A stretch of 64,000 bases of DNA from a virus: IMG/VR virus record IMGVR_UViG_3300042350_003822, positions 16,967 through 80,966 of that record. One strand, given 5' to 3'. The translations under genes were made by a program, and so were the position numbers. Of this stretch, positions 9,281 to 19,896 are shown one piece after another (within the stretch, counting starts at the first letter, position 1; each line of letters starts with the position of its first letter). A model generated the notes under the pieces. It had not been told where the DNA came from. It saw nothing but the letters and a program-made list of their open reading frames with translations, and made no database searches.

Positions 9281-11965
9281 TTAAAGTCTGCTAGTCGAAT
9301 AGCAATATTGACGCCAAAACCCACCACCGTCGCAGAACGCAAAAAACGATCCGTGGTGAGGAAGCGTGGTGCCTATATCACTGCCACCGGGGAATGCAAG
9401 TGTAACGTTGTTGCCGCTGACATTTGAGATAGCAAAACCTTCCCCAGAGGCAAATCCCGTCGATGGAAACGTGATCGTAATGCCTGATGTGGTAATAAGA
9501 ATGTTTGTACCGCTGTCAGCAGCTCCAAGAGTTTTTGTCGCGTCAATAACATTCTGACCACTTGAGCGAATACCGTGAGTTGCCCACGTTGGCGCGGCGC
9601 CCGAGCCGCCAGACCGTAACACTTGACCTGCAGTGCCGTAGTTAGCGCCACCAATTCCCAACTGCCCAACAGAACCAATTCTGAAACGCTCGGCAGTTGT
9701 TGTGCCGGTCGTAAAAATCATATTGTTGTCGTCGTTGTAAATTTGACTGTCGCCACCGGAAGTCGTTGTACCAGTCGCGGAGCCGATACGAACATCGCCG
9801 CCGCCAGTAAGTCGCATATCTCCCGCAAGAGTTAATTTGTACGCTGGAGAAGTGTCCCCAATCCCGACGTTGCCCGAGCTGGTGATGCGCATTACCTCCG
9901 TACCACCTTCACTGAAAGCAATAGTGTCCGCAGCAGGGGACCACATCCCTGTGTCCGTATCGCCAGTAAACGTATGAGACGGCGTTCCGGTGGCCCCTAA
10001 GCCAGCGCTAAGGCGTGTAGTGTGGAATGCTCCCGTAGTGTTGGCAATGAATGAAGTGCCGACTGTTATAAGGGCAGAGTTGACGCTGGTACTTACATTA
10101 GCTGTACCTAAAACTGTGAGTTTAGCATTTAAGTCGGTTGTACCGATACCCAAACTACCATTCATGTAGTTGTTTGCTGTACCCGAACCATAAAACCCCC
10201 ATTTGTTTGCACCAGCAGTAATTTGACTCCAAAATCCATACACATTTGAAATAGCAGTAGCGTTAAAGGCAGTATACTGGAAAACATTACTTGGTGCGGT
10301 CGCACTAGCCCATGACGGTGTACCAGCACTAAATGTATAAATTGCATTAACAGTTCCAGTATAACTTACTAAAGAGTCTGCTCTTGCAAAAACACCGTTA
10401 AGGTTTGTTATATTGTTTGCCGATGATACAATAGTTGGTAGGAATAACAGACCATATAATGCAGTAAGTGTTCCTGCCCCTTGCGGAGAAACTTGAGATT
10501 GCATCGTGAACATATTCTGCTGGCCAGTTTGGGTAGAATTTATCTGACCACTTAAACTTATATAACCACCAGCATCCGTAACAGTACCAGTTTGGTTGAT
10601 ACGGTTAGATAGGGATAGAGATCCAGTAATCGTTGTATTACCCACTGCTGCAGTAGTTACGCCAGATAGAGCCCCTGCAAACGAGCCGGTTGTTGCATTC
10701 AAAGCCCAGCGGGCCGTTGTATTACCTAAAGCATTGCCAACAGTATTTGATGTGGGAAAAACACCTGTGGTATTTGCTCTAAAGTTTGTTGTAGTAAATG
10801 ATGCAGCGTTTACAGTACCTGTATGATATGCACCTGTAGTGTTGGCAATGAATGAAGTGCCGACAGTTAACAAAGCAGAGTTTACAGATACAGAAGCATT
10901 AGCAAAACCAGTAATCGTGGTATTGCCGGCGGAGACTGCGTTTGAAAATGTTGCTGCCCCACCACTATTTAACGTCAAGTGTGTTGTCATGACACTATTG
11001 TTGCCACCCTGAAATAATAAATCTCCGGTTGAGCGATTGTAGTTAATTCGTTTTATTCCACCAGTCTGGTCAAACGGCTGGCCAAAGCTAACAATAGAAT
11101 TTGCGCCGATGTTGCCAAGGCCAATTTGGTCAGTCCCGTTGCCAGCCGCCAGTGCCTGTTGTGGAGTAGATGTTCCGATACCAACATTACCATTTGCTAC
11201 GATAAAAGCAGCAGTACCAAACGTTGCGGTATTGGTCCCTACTTGTAGGGTGGTTGATACGTTAGCAAAACCAGTAATCGTGGTATTGCCGGCAGCAAGA
11301 GTGGTGATGCCGGAGACTGCGCCAGCAAAGCCTACTGCACTTGTTGTCTTATTAAATGTGAAGCTTGAAGATCCGTTTGCCCCACCAGAGTCATTAAATA
11401 AAACTTGTGTGTTGGATCCACCTATAACCGCAGCTGCACCTACCGAACCAGTGAATCCTACTGAACCAGTGAAGCCAGTAGTTCCTTGAGGGCCCTGGGC
11501 CCCTACTGACCCCGTGAATCCAATTGGTCCCTGTGCACCTTGAGGACCGGTCGAACCAGTGAAACCAATTGGTCCTTGTGCACCCTGAGGCCCGGTTGAA
11601 CCAGTAAAACCAATCGGGCCTTGTGGTCCTGTTGCACCAGTAGAACCAGTAAAGCCTGTTGTTCCTTGAGGGCCCTGGGCACCAATAGAACCTGTAAAGC
11701 CAGTAGTTCCTTGGGCACCAATAGAACCTGTAAAGCCAGTAGTTCCTTGGGCACCAATAGAACCTGTAAAGCCGGTAGTTCCTTGGGCACCGGTAGATCC
11801 AGTGAATCCCACCGAACCAGTGAAGCCAGTAGTTCCCTGAGCACCAGTAGATCCGGTGAAGCCAGTTGCACCTACTGAACCTGTGAAGCCTGTGTTTCCT
11901 TGCTCACCAACAATTATAGCTTCCCACTGAGCAGTGTTAGCGTTATATACTTTTGCTACGCCCAT
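9281..11965 (-). CDS. Tail fibre with N-terminal collagen-like (GFTGS) region
   Basis: ~160-aa Gly-X-Y run of GFTGS/GAQ/GPQ, then GNVGIGT and [15 protein letters not shown] fibre repeats. Confidence 0.85.
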   Translation of the reverse strand: MGVAKVYNANTAQWEAIIVGEQGNTGFTGSVGATGFTGSTGAQGTTGFTGSVGFTGSTGAQGTTGFTGSIGAQGTTGFTGSIGAQGTTGFTGSIGAQGPQGTTGFTGSTGATGPQGPIGFTGSTGPQGAQGPIGFTGSTGPQGAQGPIGFTGSVGAQGPQGTTGFTGSVGFTGSVGAAAVIGGSNTQVLFNDSGGANGSSSFTFNKTTSAVGFAGAVSGITTLAAGNTTITGFANVSTTLQVGTNTATFGTAAFIVANGNVGIGTSTPQQALAAGNGTDQIGLGNIGANSIVSFGQPFDQTGGIKRINYNRSTGDLLFQGGNNSVMTTHLTLNSGGAATFSNAVSAGNTTITGFANASVSVNSALLTVGTSFIANTTGAYHTGTVNAASFTTTNFRANTTGVFPTSNTVGNALGNTTARWALNATTGSFAGALSGVTTAAVGNTTITGSLSLSNRINQTGTVTDAGGYISLSGQINSTQTGQQNMFTMQSQVSPQGAGTLTALYGLLFLPTIVSSANNITNLNGVFARADSLVSYTGTVNAIYTFSAGTPSWASATAPSNVFQYTAFNATAISNVYGFWSQITAGANKWGFYGSGTANNYMNGSLGIGTTDLNAKLTVLGTANVSTSVNSALITVGTSFIANTTGAFHTTRLSAGLGATGTPSHTFTGDTDTGMWSPAADTIAFSEGGTEVMRITSSGNVGIGDTSPAYKLTLAGDMRLTGGGDVRIGSATGTTTSGGDSQIYNDDNNMIFTTGTTTAERFRIGSVGQLGIGGANYGTAGQVLRSGGSGAAPTWATHGIRSSGQNVIDATKTLGAADSGTNILITTSGITITFPSTGFASGEGFAISNVSGNNVTLAFPGGSDIGTTLPHHGSFFAFCDGGGFWRQYCYSTSRL
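11676..11791. repeat. 36-bp tandem repeat x3 in collagen coding region
   Basis: tgggcaccaatagaacctgtaaagccagtagttcct three times (one mismatch in third), encoding [12 protein letters not shown]. Confidence 0.9.
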
Positions 11966-12018
11966 CTTTTATACCTTAATTCGTTTACCTGTAGAATTTT
12001 ATATACCTTATTTATTTA

Positions 12019-13059
12019 CTAAAAGAACATCATTAACATATTTCCACCCGCTGTTAGAGCGGGAGAATTAGTAAAAATGACGTTTAAGTTATTGCCGCCA
12101 TCTGTCGAGTTTGCGCCAACATAGAAGCGATTTGCTTCGGTTACGCCAATGTCAGTGACATTTAAGTAGTCAATACCGGAGGTAACATTAGTAATGTCGA
12201 ACGTGCGACGGGTGCCTGCCGTTGCGCTGTTTACCGTAACTATATTGCCGGCAGAACCAGTAATGCTCCATATACCAACAACCATTGTGCCTCCGGCATT
12301 ATGCCTAATTGTATGAGCAACGGTCTTTGTTGAGGCAAGTTCAGTAAAGGTGTTTATTCCTCCAATACTGGTTGTAGAAATACCGGTTGTGCCTCCCATA
12401 GTCAATTTATTAAAAGAAAGCCCGCCCGCATTAAACGCCCTTGTAGTTGTTGTATTGTTAGAAAGCAGAATATCTGCCGTGTCTTTGTTAAACGTAAGAT
12501 TCGTCGTTACTTGAGTATTCCAGATCGTACTAATACCAGTTATTGTCCACAACCCAGACCCCATTGTTATGGTTCTGACATTGCTATTGCTTGAAGAAAC
12601 AGAGTTACAAGTTACGTTATAATTATTTGCGTTAAAAGTTCCTTGTGTAATAGTTAAGACGGTTGCTGTTAACGCATCTCCAAGAGTTACTGTAATGCCA
12701 GAACCATTAATTGTTATGCTGCCAAAGCCTTTACCCGCAGTCGTTAGCGTTCCTGTGCCGGTAAACGTCATAGCGCCAGCATAAGGAAAGGACATACCCG
12801 CAACAAGCGTGACGCTGCCGGCTACAGTGATTCCTGCAGAACCAGAGATTGTTCCGGCAAACCCAGTACAGTTGATTGACTTTGCGCCGGTATTGCCCGT
12901 AGAAATTATGCAATTGCCTGTGGACAAGTTTGTAAAAAACACGTCGTCAGCAGTGGTAGGAACCGACGCGCCGCCAGCACCACCAGAACTAGTTGACCAC
13001 TTAGTCCCTGCCGTACCGTCCCAAGACGCCGAACCGCCTACCCAATAACGGTCAGCCAT
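12019..13059 (-). CDS. Beta-helix-like virion/adhesin protein
   Basis: RYWVGGSASWDG...WSTSSGGAGGASVPT..DDVFF N-terminus, T/G/N-rich beta repeats, hydrophobic C-terminus GNMLMMFF. Confidence 0.65.
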   Translation of the reverse strand: MADRYWVGGSASWDGTAGTKWSTSSGGAGGASVPTTADDVFFTNLSTGNCIISTGNTGAKSINCTGFAGTISGSAGITVAGSVTLVAGMSFPYAGAMTFTGTGTLTTAGKGFGSITINGSGITVTLGDALTATVLTITQGTFNANNYNVTCNSVSSSNSNVRTITMGSGLWTITGISTIWNTQVTTNLTFNKDTADILLSNNTTTTRAFNAGGLSFNKLTMGGTTGISTTSIGGINTFTELASTKTVAHTIRHNAGGTMVVGIWSITGSAGNIVTVNSATAGTRRTFDITNVTSGIDYLNVTDIGVTEANRFYVGANSTDGGNNLNVIFTNSPALTAGGNMLMMFF

Positions 13060-13060
13060 A

Positions 13061-13300
13061 TTAGCTCTCTACAGGCTTCAGGTCAACTTGACTATCAATC
13101 TCAACTTGCTCATAAGTTATATCGTCAACTTCAACATACTCAGGCGTTGGTGGATTCTCAACAGCAAACAACCAGTTGTTTAGACGCTCGGTCTTCATTT
13201 CTGTGATCTGTTCTTCTGTATGCGAGGAATCTTCTGGGAGATATAGAGCATCCCGAAATGTACCATATTGTGTTTCAAATTCAAAATCAATCTTAATCAT
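13061..13300 (-). CDS. Small acidic hypothetical protein
   Basis: GAGGAG SD, tight packing. Confidence 0.7.
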   Translation of the reverse strand: MIKIDFEFETQYGTFRDALYLPEDSSHTEEQITEMKTERLNNWLFAVENPPTPEYVEVDDITYEQVEIDSQVDLKPVES

Positions 13301-13312
13301 ATTTTACTCCTC

Positions 13313-14425
13313 TTATGCTTGTGTCGTTACAGCTATGACGTCCCAAAAAACATCAGTAGTGTTATAGATGCAACCAACATATGTTATCTTTGTTGCAACC
13401 GTGGTGGTTGGCAAAGTAACACCTACTGCTCTAAACGCCCCGCTACTCGTGGTCCAAGTAATACCTCTTCCGGTGCCATTATCCTCAAATCTCAATATTA
13501 ATCTTTGGCCATCTACCGGTGTGCCGCTGGGTGTTAAGAGTGTGATTGCGCCGGTTAAACCAAAGGCATTGAGAACATCAGTAGTGTCTCCATTTGGTGT
13601 TATGTTACCTGAAGTTACACCAGCAGAGACAACTCTAGGATTTATTCTTTTGTTTGTTAATGTTTGTGTGCCGTTTAAATTAACAAAGGTCCCTTCAGCT
13701 CCGAGCACAGAAGTATCCACCCAAAGAACATCTGTTGCAACTGGAGCAGTGTTGGAGATTTCGACACCGGTTTCGCCTTGAGATCCCGTAAACCCATTAG
13801 ACCCAGTAAAGCCTGTTGCACCACGTGACCCCGTGAATCCGATTGGACCTTGAGATCCTGTAAACCCAATCGAACCAGTAAAGCCAGTTGTTCCTTGTGG
13901 TCCTTGAGCACCAATAGACCCAGTAAAGCCAATAGGTCCTTGAGCACCTACTGAACCTGTAAAGCCTGTTGATCCTGTATATCCTGGATTGTTTGACCAG
14001 TATGCAACAGATCCGTTTGAGATTAATGCCTGGCCGGCAGTACCAATTGAACCATTTGCTATGATGCCTCCGGTTAAAGTGATGTTACCATTTGCAAGAG
14101 TATTACCCTGAATAAACAGCCGCGCCGAACTTGTGTTGGCAGAGCCAATAGCAACGTTACCACTAAATTCGGCTAAGCGAATATTACCAACATCGAATAC
14201 TTCGATTGATGGAATCCCGGAAATATCATTGACCGAAAATATTGTTCCGGTCAATGAATCCACAATACTGAATAGCTGCCCACTTTGGCCACTGAACGAT
14301 AGTGTGCCTAGAGTGTCGAGGAAAGTTGCAGTAATACTATTCGCAAATGCGCTATTCGATGAGCTAAAGCTAATATTAGGCGCCTGCAGACCATTCTTGG
14401 TCAGAAATCTTTTATCATTTGCCAA
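13313..14425 (-). CDS. Short fibre/adaptor with collagen-like GFTGS segment
   Basis: TTG start after GGGAGA; N-terminal KRFLTKNGL; GQLFSIVDSLTGTIFSVNDISGIP motif; ~75-aa Gly-X-Y. Confidence 0.8.
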   Translation of the reverse strand: MANDKRFLTKNGLQAPNISFSSSNSAFANSITATFLDTLGTLSFSGQSGQLFSIVDSLTGTIFSVNDISGIPSIEVFDVGNIRLAEFSGNVAIGSANTSSARLFIQGNTLANGNITLTGGIIANGSIGTAGQALISNGSVAYWSNNPGYTGSTGFTGSVGAQGPIGFTGSIGAQGPQGTTGFTGSIGFTGSQGPIGFTGSRGATGFTGSNGFTGSQGETGVEISNTAPVATDVLWVDTSVLGAEGTFVNLNGTQTLTNKRINPRVVSAGVTSGNITPNGDTTDVLNAFGLTGAITLLTPSGTPVDGQRLILRFEDNGTGRGITWTTSSGAFRAVGVTLPTTTVATKITYVGCIYNTTDVFWDVIAVTTQA

Positions 14426-14489
14426 CGTTCAATCTCCCAATTGGCGATATGTTTTATTTATGTTAACTTTGTGAGTCTGGCATATGTTA

Positions 14490-15179
14490 TTAGATTCCGA
14501 ACCTTCCTCTTACAGCATTAAAGTTCTGTGAGACTTCTGCTGCTGTGAGTGTTCTGTTGTAAATTGATAAAATTGCAAAATCACCATCTAAGTTTTGCGC
14601 TGGATCAAATCCAGCTCCAGGCGCATCTGCTTCTTGTCCAATAATTAAATATCCACCCGATGTAGGTCCAGAACCTGCATTTATAGTTTGTGTTCCAACA
14701 TATACACCATTCATGTAATATAAACTAACACCTGTTGTTCTTGTTCTAACCCACGTAAAATTACACCACACATCTTTCATGTCTGGAACAGTGACTTGAT
14801 ATCTGTTACCCAAATCATGTGGGACAATGATGGTAGAGCTATCAGTATATAACAAATATGTGTTATCGCCAGCGACGCTATATGTAAATGGGGTTTGGCT
14901 GGCGCCAGCAAAATTTGACCTAAACCAACAACTAAACGATATATCATCAGTAGGAATACTATAATTATCATTCATTATGTATTGAGTGGTTTGATTATTT
15001 GAAAAAGTAAAATAACCCGCACTGTTAAAAGCAGGGCCGCCATATATAGTAAGATTTGTGTTATTACCACTTACATCATTCCATGTAGTACCACTACCAG
15101 GATACGACTTTACGTTAGCCGCATCCAGACACAGTACTAGACCATTACGAACGATACTAGGACCATGACCTAAACTCAT
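14490..15179 (-). CDS. LamG/concanavalin-A-like (pentraxin-like) lectin domain protein
   Basis: IVRNGLVLCLDAAN..SYPGSGTTW; LIIGQEAD resembles pentraxin GQEQD; IYNRTLTAAEVSQNF. Confidence 0.85.
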   Translation of the reverse strand: MSLGHGPSIVRNGLVLCLDAANVKSYPGSGTTWNDVSGNNTNLTIYGGPAFNSAGYFTFSNNQTTQYIMNDNYSIPTDDISFSCWFRSNFAGASQTPFTYSVAGDNTYLLYTDSSTIIVPHDLGNRYQVTVPDMKDVWCNFTWVRTRTTGVSLYYMNGVYVGTQTINAGSGPTSGGYLIIGQEADAPGAGFDPAQNLDGDFAILSIYNRTLTAAEVSQNFNAVRGRFGI

Positions 15180-15910
15180 ACACCGTACCTTCCACGAAGG
15201 GCATCAAAGTTCTGGGAGACTTCTGCTGCTGTGAGTGCTCTGTTGTATATTTTTATATTTCCAATTTTTCCATTTAAATATCCCGAGTAACTGGCCTGTC
15301 CATGAAGTGCTCCAAAATCAGTTTGACCATCTGTAAAGCTATTAGATACGTTTCCAGTCCCTATTAATGAGCCGTTGAGATACAAAGTTTCTGCATTGGA
15401 TGCAGAACGAACTAAAACTATTTGATACCATCTTTCATTGGACATTAAAGAAGAGACATTAATATTTAAAGAACCAGTAGTTCCTCCGCCGCCTCTACTA
15501 ACGACAATAGTATTTGGAGTAAATGAAGTATTATTTGCCGATAAAACTCCAAATTCTATTTGACCAGCTCCTGTTCCTGTTCCCCCAGCAAATAACCAGG
15601 CACATTTGTTAAAACCTCCAAAGTTTCCAGTTATGCTTGTAAAATTTACCCAAATTTCATAAGAAAATAATTGAGTTCCAGAAAGAGGAGAAGGTGATGA
15701 GATGCTAGAATAATCATTAGTGCCATCAAAAACAATTGAACCCATATCTGCACTAGTATAAGTCGGGCCACCTGTAAGTGTGCCATTTTTTCCATTGCCA
15801 CTTAGATCGGTCCATGTAGTACCACTACCAGGATATGACTTTACATTAGCCGCATCCAGACACAGGATTAAACCACTTCGAACTATACTTGTATTATAGG
15901 CAATTGCCAT
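15176..15910 (-). CDS. LamG/concanavalin-A-like lectin domain protein (paralog)
   Basis: IVRSGLILCLDAAN..SYPGSG, FDGTNDY, WYQIV, LYLNG, GKIGNIKIYNRALTAAEV. Confidence 0.88.
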   Translation of the reverse strand: MAIAYNTSIVRSGLILCLDAANVKSYPGSGTTWTDLSGNGKNGTLTGGPTYTSADMGSIVFDGTNDYSSISSPSPLSGTQLFSYEIWVNFTSITGNFGGFNKCAWLFAGGTGTGAGQIEFGVLSANNTSFTPNTIVVSRGGGGTTGSLNINVSSLMSNERWYQIVLVRSASNAETLYLNGSLIGTGNVSNSFTDGQTDFGALHGQASYSGYLNGKIGNIKIYNRALTAAEVSQNFDALRGRYGV

Positions 15911-15918
15911 TACTCACC

Positions 15919-16482
15919 TCACGCTGTAATTAATTCATACGACGCTTTAAATGTCGTAGATGTTGCAGATGCAGGTGTAATTCGTATTCTTGTATTAGCA
16001 GCTGAAATATCACAATCAACGGAGAACAATGAACTGCCTGTCAACAGAGACGCAAATTCAGTCGCGATTGCCGTGGTTGTATTGCATACGACGAGCATCT
16101 TAGTTGTATGAATAACACCAGAGGATACTGCTTGGATTACAAACTCACCCGTATTATAAGTTGCTGTAGGATATTGAATGAGGGTAGTTTGTGTAGTCGC
16201 GGTTGTAGTTGTTGTTGCAGTATCACGGACTGAGATACCATCGAGATTAATGTCGCCAGTAACGCTTATTGTACCATTGGCTACAATAGATCCTACACTT
16301 AGAGAGACAAGATTCGCACCAACTTCAAATGAGACAGTTCCGTTTGATGAGTATACTTTTTGATCGGTAAGATTGACAGCAAGCTCCCCAGCATCAATAA
16401 AGGCTGTGTTACCGGAGTTAGTCGTGTTAGGAGTGCGACCAGATATAGTGGTACGCTTGAGCTGAATCTTATTATTAGCCAT
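15919..16482 (-). CDS. Tail-fibre adaptor protein with IQLKR...GELA N-terminal module
   Basis: Likely start ATG 16482 after GGAGAG; MANNKIQLKRT...GELAVNLTDQKVY. Confidence 0.7.
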   Translation of the reverse strand: MANNKIQLKRTTISGRTPNTTNSGNTAFIDAGELAVNLTDQKVYSSNGTVSFEVGANLVSLSVGSIVANGTISVTGDINLDGISVRDTATTTTTATTQTTLIQYPTATYNTGEFVIQAVSSGVIHTTKMLVVCNTTTAIATEFASLLTGSSLFSVDCDISAANTRIRITPASATSTTFKASYELITA

Positions 16483-16527
16483 ATGGCTCTCCAAGGCAGA
16501 TATATATCTTATAGGCCAACTATATAG

Positions 16528-16555
16528 TTGACTTTATTACAATTGTATTTATAAT
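16528..16555 (+). promoter_or_regulatory. sigma70-type promoter for glycosyltransferase operon
   Basis: TTGACT (16528-33), 16 nt, TATAAT (16550-55); ATG at 16562. Confidence 0.6.
16546..16553 (-). promoter_or_regulatory. T4-type late promoter TATAAATA
   Basis: Exact consensus upstream of minus-strand fibre genes. Confidence 0.8.
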
Positions 16556-16561
16556 GGGAAC

Positions 16562-18610
16562 ATGATGAAGATTGCTTTTATTGACACACTTGGTTTGACA
16601 TATGATGGATCCACTCTCTCGAAGAGAGGTCTCGGTGGTTCAGAGTCAGCCGTCATCCGCATGTCCGAAGAACTAGCCAAGATCGGTTTCGACGTCACAG
16701 TCTACAACGACTGTACTTCTGATGATTCCAGGCCTGGTATCTACAATGATGTAAAATACTCGCCAGTTGAGAATGCCAAAACACATTGTCTGAAATACGA
16801 TGTAGTTGTGGTTTCTCGTTCGATTAAGCCAATTGCAGAAGACTGGGGTATCGTGCTCGAAGCAAAGCATGTTTGTCTATGGATGCACGACACGTTTTGC
16901 GAAGGCGACGATCAGATTGAGTATCTGATTAACGTTGGCAAGCTCAACGAGATCTTCACACTCTCTGACTGGCATACTGGCTATGTCACTCATTGTGACC
17001 ATGGTTTCCGCCGTAACTATGATGTTCTGAAGAACCACATCTTCATGACCCGTAATGGTATCAATGCTACTCCCAAAGAGTGGGTCAATATCCGCGATAA
17101 GGATCCTAACCTTTTTGTCTTCAATGCTTCTGTTACAAAGGGAATGATTCCTCTTGTCAAGCAGATCTGGCCTCAAGTGAAACGTAATATTCCTGAAGCT
17201 AAGCTGAAGATAATCGGCGGCTTCTATAAGTTCCGTGAAGCAGCAGGACCAGATCAGCAGCAGAAAGACTGGGCTGAGCTGCAGCTGCAGTATGGTGGAG
17301 ACATCGAATTTACTGGTGTAATTACTCAGCAAGAGATCTCAGATATCCTCCGCAAAGCCTCCTACATGATCTATCCTGTAGGGTTCCCAGAGACGTTTGG
17401 CATCTCTACACTTGAGGCACTTGCTCATAATGTACCACTGATTACTTGTCAGTTCGGAGCTCTTGAAGAGACTGCAATCGATCTGGCATCATGGAAGATT
17501 AAGTATCCTGTCGAACCAAACTGGGCTATGCAATGGCTGAACCAGGAACAACAGGTTAACATCTTTGTTAACAAGGTTATAGAAGCATACAATACTCCTT
17601 ATCTGCATCAACAGAAGATGTATGCTTGTAATCAGGTCAAGGACATCAGCACATGGGATACGGTTGCTCTTCAGTGGAAACAACATCTGTATAAGAAGCT
17701 CAGTGAGTTCTTGCCCATTGATGAATACCGTAAGGTATCTAAGATCAACGATAGGGTACACAAGGTCTTCGGTCGTCGCTGGACGAATCCAGAAGAGTTA
17801 GCTGTTCCTCGTCAGACATGGCAGAATAATATTCACGTTATCACACCTGTCTACAACGCAGAGAAGTACATCGAGCGCTGCATTCGGTCAGTAGCTCAGC
17901 AAGATTATTTTGACTATCGTATGGTTATTACCGATGATGCATCGACTGACAATACTGTTCAAGTAGCGTTAGATACAATCAACTCTCTACCCGAGCGCAT
18001 TAGATATAAGTTTAAGCTAGTACATAATGACGAAAACCTCGGAGCTGTGCACAACCAGGTAATGGCAATCATAGACGAAGAGTGTGAATCGGGTATTGTT
18101 ATGCTACTCGACGGGGACGATTGGTTGGTAAACGATCCTAACATCTTCCACATGTACAACAATCTGTACAATGAGGGCGCAGAGTTTACTTATGGGTCAT
18201 GTTGGTCTCTTGCTGATAACATTCCCTTGGTTGCACAAGAGTATCCACCAGAGGTCAAGGCTAACAAGTCATATCGTGACTATAAGTTCAACTGGAACAT
18301 GCCTTATACACATCTGCGTACGTTCAAACAGTATATGATGAGCAATTATTTGGCCACGCGTGGTAACCATGCTTTTAGAGACGAGAACGGCTGGTTGAAG
18401 GCTGGTGGTGATACTGCTATATTCTACGCTATGATTGAGGAAGCTAATCCCGACAACGTTGTCTGCGTAACAGATATCGTGTATAACTACAATGATCTCA
18501 ATCCACTGAACGACTACAAAGTAAACTCAGAAGAGCAGACCAAGACTGCTAACAGAGTGCTCGCGGCCTCTCCCTTTCCTCCTGGACAATATGACCTGAG
18601 ACCCCTATGA
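16562..18610 (+). CDS. Fused glycosyltransferase: GT4-like (GT-B) plus GT2 (GT-A)
   Basis: GLGGSESA, WMHD, ETFGISTLEA (GT4 EX7E); VITPVYNAEKYI...DDASTD...LDGDDWL (GT2). Confidence 0.9.
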   Translation: MMKIAFIDTLGLTYDGSTLSKRGLGGSESAVIRMSEELAKIGFDVTVYNDCTSDDSRPGIYNDVKYSPVENAKTHCLKYDVVVVSRSIKPIAEDWGIVLEAKHVCLWMHDTFCEGDDQIEYLINVGKLNEIFTLSDWHTGYVTHCDHGFRRNYDVLKNHIFMTRNGINATPKEWVNIRDKDPNLFVFNASVTKGMIPLVKQIWPQVKRNIPEAKLKIIGGFYKFREAAGPDQQQKDWAELQLQYGGDIEFTGVITQQEISDILRKASYMIYPVGFPETFGISTLEALAHNVPLITCQFGALEETAIDLASWKIKYPVEPNWAMQWLNQEQQVNIFVNKVIEAYNTPYLHQQKMYACNQVKDISTWDTVALQWKQHLYKKLSEFLPIDEYRKVSKINDRVHKVFGRRWTNPEELAVPRQTWQNNIHVITPVYNAEKYIERCIRSVAQQDYFDYRMVITDDASTDNTVQVALDTINSLPERIRYKFKLVHNDENLGAVHNQVMAIIDEECESGIVMLLDGDDWLVNDPNIFHMYNNLYNEGAEFTYGSCWSLADNIPLVAQEYPPEVKANKSYRDYKFNWNMPYTHLRTFKQYMMSNYLATRGNHAFRDENGWLKAGGDTAIFYAMIEEANPDNVVCVTDIVYNYNDLNPLNDYKVNSEEQTKTANRVLAASPFPPGQYDLRPL

Positions 18611-19896
18611 TAAAAATTCTAATTGCTATTCCAACTGCTCGTTATATTGAGCCCGACACTTTCAAGTCAATCTACGACCTTGACATTCCAGAAGGTTATC
18701 ATGTCGACTTTCAGTACTTCTACGGATACAGAGTCGATCAAGTTCGTAACCTAATTGCAGACTGGGTCGTACGTGGATTTGATTATCTGTTTGCTGTTGA
18801 TCACGACGTCACGTTTGCACCCGACACTCTTAGGAAGATGCTCGATCATAACAAAGATCTCGTAACTGGTGTCTATCGTCAGAGGCTAGAACCACAGGCG
18901 ATCGAGGTGTACGATTTAAACCAGCATCGGATGAGCGTCGACCAACTCTATGGAGGTCAATCTGACCTTGTTCAAATAGGAGGATGTGGGTTTGGCTGTG
19001 TTCTTGTGAAGAAAAAGGTCATGACTGGTATTGGTTACCCACAGTTTGAATATCACGTAGCCTTAGATCACGCTAATACTGTCAGCGAAGATACAGATTT
19101 CTGTCGTAAGGCGATGCAAAAAGGATTCACATTATGGTGTGATCGTACTATCTTATGTGGACATATTGGTTCGACTACGATGCAAGTATCTATCCCGGCA
19201 ACGAATCCAATTGAACGCAGGTTACGCGAGTTGCACGATCAAAGACTATTGCCAAAAGATCATATTGACTATTTGTATGATCTCCGGGATGATGGATTGA
19301 GACCAAAAGTGATCTATGATATCGGTGCTTGTGTGCTCCATTGGACTAACGAAGCGAGGCAAGTCTGGCCCGCAGCCGAATTCATTCCATTTGAAGCTAT
19401 GAAAGAAGTAGATTTCCTTTATCGCGAAGCAGGGTTTAAGAACTTCGCTAGCGGTTGCTTATTATCTGATACTATAGAAGAAATTGAGTTCTACGAGAAC
19501 CTCGAGCATCCGGGTGGTAATTCTATGTACAGGGAAAACGAAGAACTATCGCCGCTAGCTAGTGTGTTGTTTCCAGACAATAAAAAAGTCAAGCGTAAGA
19601 CAAATACACTCGACGAAATTGTTAAGCTGAATCAACTCCCGCTACCAGATCTTATTAAGATGGATATTCAAGGGGCTGAGTTGAAAGCGCTCAAAGGAGC
19701 TGTGGAGACGCTTAAGAGTTGTAACCATCTTATTCTCGAACTTCAACACAAAGACTACAATTTAGGCGCACCCAAATCACAAGAGGTTATTGAGTATCTC
19801 GAATCAATTGGATTTGTCTTGCATGGGGGTAAAATGTTTTGTGGAAGCGATAAGGGAGTTGATGGCGACTATCACTTCATACGTCAGAGGACTTAG
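18607..19896 (+). CDS. GT-A-like glycosyltransferase fused to FkbM-family methyltransferase
   Basis: ILIAIPT...RN...YLFAVDHD...GFGCVLV...SEDTDFC; IYDIGA, TLD...PDLIKMDIQGAEL. Confidence 0.88.
   Translation: MIKILIAIPTARYIEPDTFKSIYDLDIPEGYHVDFQYFYGYRVDQVRNLIADWVVRGFDYLFAVDHDVTFAPDTLRKMLDHNKDLVTGVYRQRLEPQAIEVYDLNQHRMSVDQLYGGQSDLVQIGGCGFGCVLVKKKVMTGIGYPQFEYHVALDHANTVSEDTDFCRKAMQKGFTLWCDRTILCGHIGSTTMQVSIPATNPIERRLRELHDQRLLPKDHIDYLYDLRDDGLRPKVIYDIGACVLHWTNEARQVWPAAEFIPFEAMKEVDFLYREAGFKNFASGCLLSDTIEEIEFYENLEHPGGNSMYRENEELSPLASVLFPDNKKVKRKTNTLDEIVKLNQLPLPDLIKMDIQGAELKALKGAVETLKSCNHLILELQHKDYNLGAPKSQEVIEYLESIGFVLHGGKMFCGSDKGVDGDYHFIRQRT

Noticed and set aside
11460-11900. Regular 27-36 bp repeats as a possible CRISPR array
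   Set aside because: No unique spacers; the repeats are in-frame collagen codons; no cas genes
4442-13781. Many plus-strand ORFs rich in V/P/A/L opposite the fibre genes
   Set aside because: Antisense shadows of repetitive G/T/A/N codons; no SD, no motifs, fully nested in stronger minus-strand genes
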